DNA of 64,000 nucleotides from an uncultured Candidatus Saccharibacteria bacterium (GTDB lineage: Bacteria; Patescibacteriota; Minisyncoccia; Phycocordibacterales; JACOZG01): NCBI GenBank assembly GCA_964651115.1, contig CAZYXJ010000001.1, forward strand, positions 106,509 through 170,508, given 5' to 3'. The notes under the pieces were generated by a model that saw only the letters and a list, made by a program, of their open reading frames with translations, did not search any database and was not told where the DNA came from. The translations under genes and the position numbers were made by a program. This document shows, piece after piece, positions 63,334 to 64,000 of this stretch. The first letter of the stretch is position 1; each line of letters starts with the position of its first letter.

Positions 63334-63995
63334 ATTTTTTTAGCCACGCGCCACACCACCAAAATTAAAATCGCCACCAGCAACAAGAGCGGCGCCAGTG
63401 GCACCGGCGGCGCCTCGGGTCCACGCAGAACCACCGTCTGAGTATTGCCAGCTAGGTCAGTCGTTCGAAGACTCAAGAAAGCTGAGCGTTCAGCGGCACC
63501 CAGCACATAAGGACTCGTCACGGGCACAAACTTACCCATCCCGAGCGCGAGCTCCGTCTTAGCTACTCCCGTTCCCTGATCAATGGCATAGAAGCTGACA
63601 AACGGCTGACCATCGTAAATCGAAGGATCGTCTCCAATCTCGGCCGTCAGTTTGGGCTGAGACAAATCCAACGATCGAACACCCCCATAACTTCCCGCGG
63701 CCTCGGCAACAACTAACGAAGTCTGACTTCGAGCCAAGGCCTCGGGGGTACCAGCACCATCCATCCGATAAACTCTCGCCGCGCCAATCTCTAACTGGCG
63801 TTCGCCGATTGTCTCTGGTACAAAAGTAATCTTAGCCACCAAAACATCGCTCCCCGCCCGCACCCCTGCTGGCGCCCCGCCGATAAAAGTAATCTTCCCT
63901 TCGCCTGGATGATAGACCGGCGACTGGGGCCAAAGAGAAAAAGCTGAATCCGCTACCGAAAGTTCAATTTGGCCAAGCGAAGAATAATCACCCAA
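63330..63995 (-). CDS. Hypothetical surface protein with C-terminal TM anchor (N-terminus may extend beyond window)
   Basis: 221 aa with beta-rich composition and a C-terminal LAPLLLLVAILILVVWRVAKKI anchor. It is immediately upstream of the large surface protein. Confidence 0.4.
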   Translation of the reverse strand: MGDYSSLGQIELSVADSAFSLWPQSPVYHPGEGKITFIGGAPAGVRAGSDVLVAKITFVPETIGERQLEIGAARVYRMDGAGTPEALARSQTSLVVAEAAGSYGGVRSLDLSQPKLTAEIGDDPSIYDGQPFVSFYAIDQGTGVAKTELALGMGKFVPVTSPYVLGAAERSAFLSLRTTDLAGNTQTVVLRGPEAPPVPLAPLLLLVAILILVVWRVAKKI

Positions 63996-64000
63996 AGCGA

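Overview
This window is a ~60% GC bacterial chromosome segment with compact, frequently overlapping genes, interrupted by a ~19 kb low-GC (~40%) accessory island next to a tRNA-Asn gene. Core content on the minus strand: a dcw cluster start (mraZ-rsmH-ftsL-ftsI N-terminus), an HlyD-like adaptor, lysS, greA, the rod-shape cluster mreB-mreC-mreD-mrdA, proS, rseP, frr, a holB-like gene, a second mreB paralog, then a block of secreted/membrane proteins of unknown function. On the plus strand: a priA-like gene whose helicase motifs look degenerate, def-fmt, then a cyclophilin, hpf, pyk, eno, a Y1 (IS200-like/RAYT-type) transposase with its own palindromic REP-like repeats, gpmI, uppP, an operon of two OmpR-type response regulators flanking a 66-aa DHp-only protein, two convergent KGG stress proteins, queA, a VanY-like peptidase, a GH18 hydrolase and csrA. 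The island (about 39.3-58.8 kb, with a further ~2.5 kb of intermediate-GC small orphan genes) begins at tRNA-Asn(GTT), which has a tandemly duplicated promoter and 5-prime third. It carries a large serine recombinase, a wHTH Rep-like protein beside a 590-bp iteron-like repeat region, a five-gene type I R-M operon with two embedded non-canonical genes (hsdM, a zinc-ribbon coiled-coil protein, hsdS, a 413-aa protein with a PD-(D/E)xK-like C-terminus, hsdR), an upstream Fic gene, and a copper module (csoR with a perfect operator, copA, an HMA-DsbD_2 membrane protein). The most interesting candidate for an undescribed system is the type I R-M operon with its embedded 413-aa nuclease-like gene and companion genes on an integrative element. 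Secondary candidates are the REP/RAYT pair, the response regulator/DHp-only/response regulator operon, and a helicase-motif-deficient PriA. No CRISPR array or rRNA was seen. All calls rest on reading the translations and sequence by eye; no database search was run.
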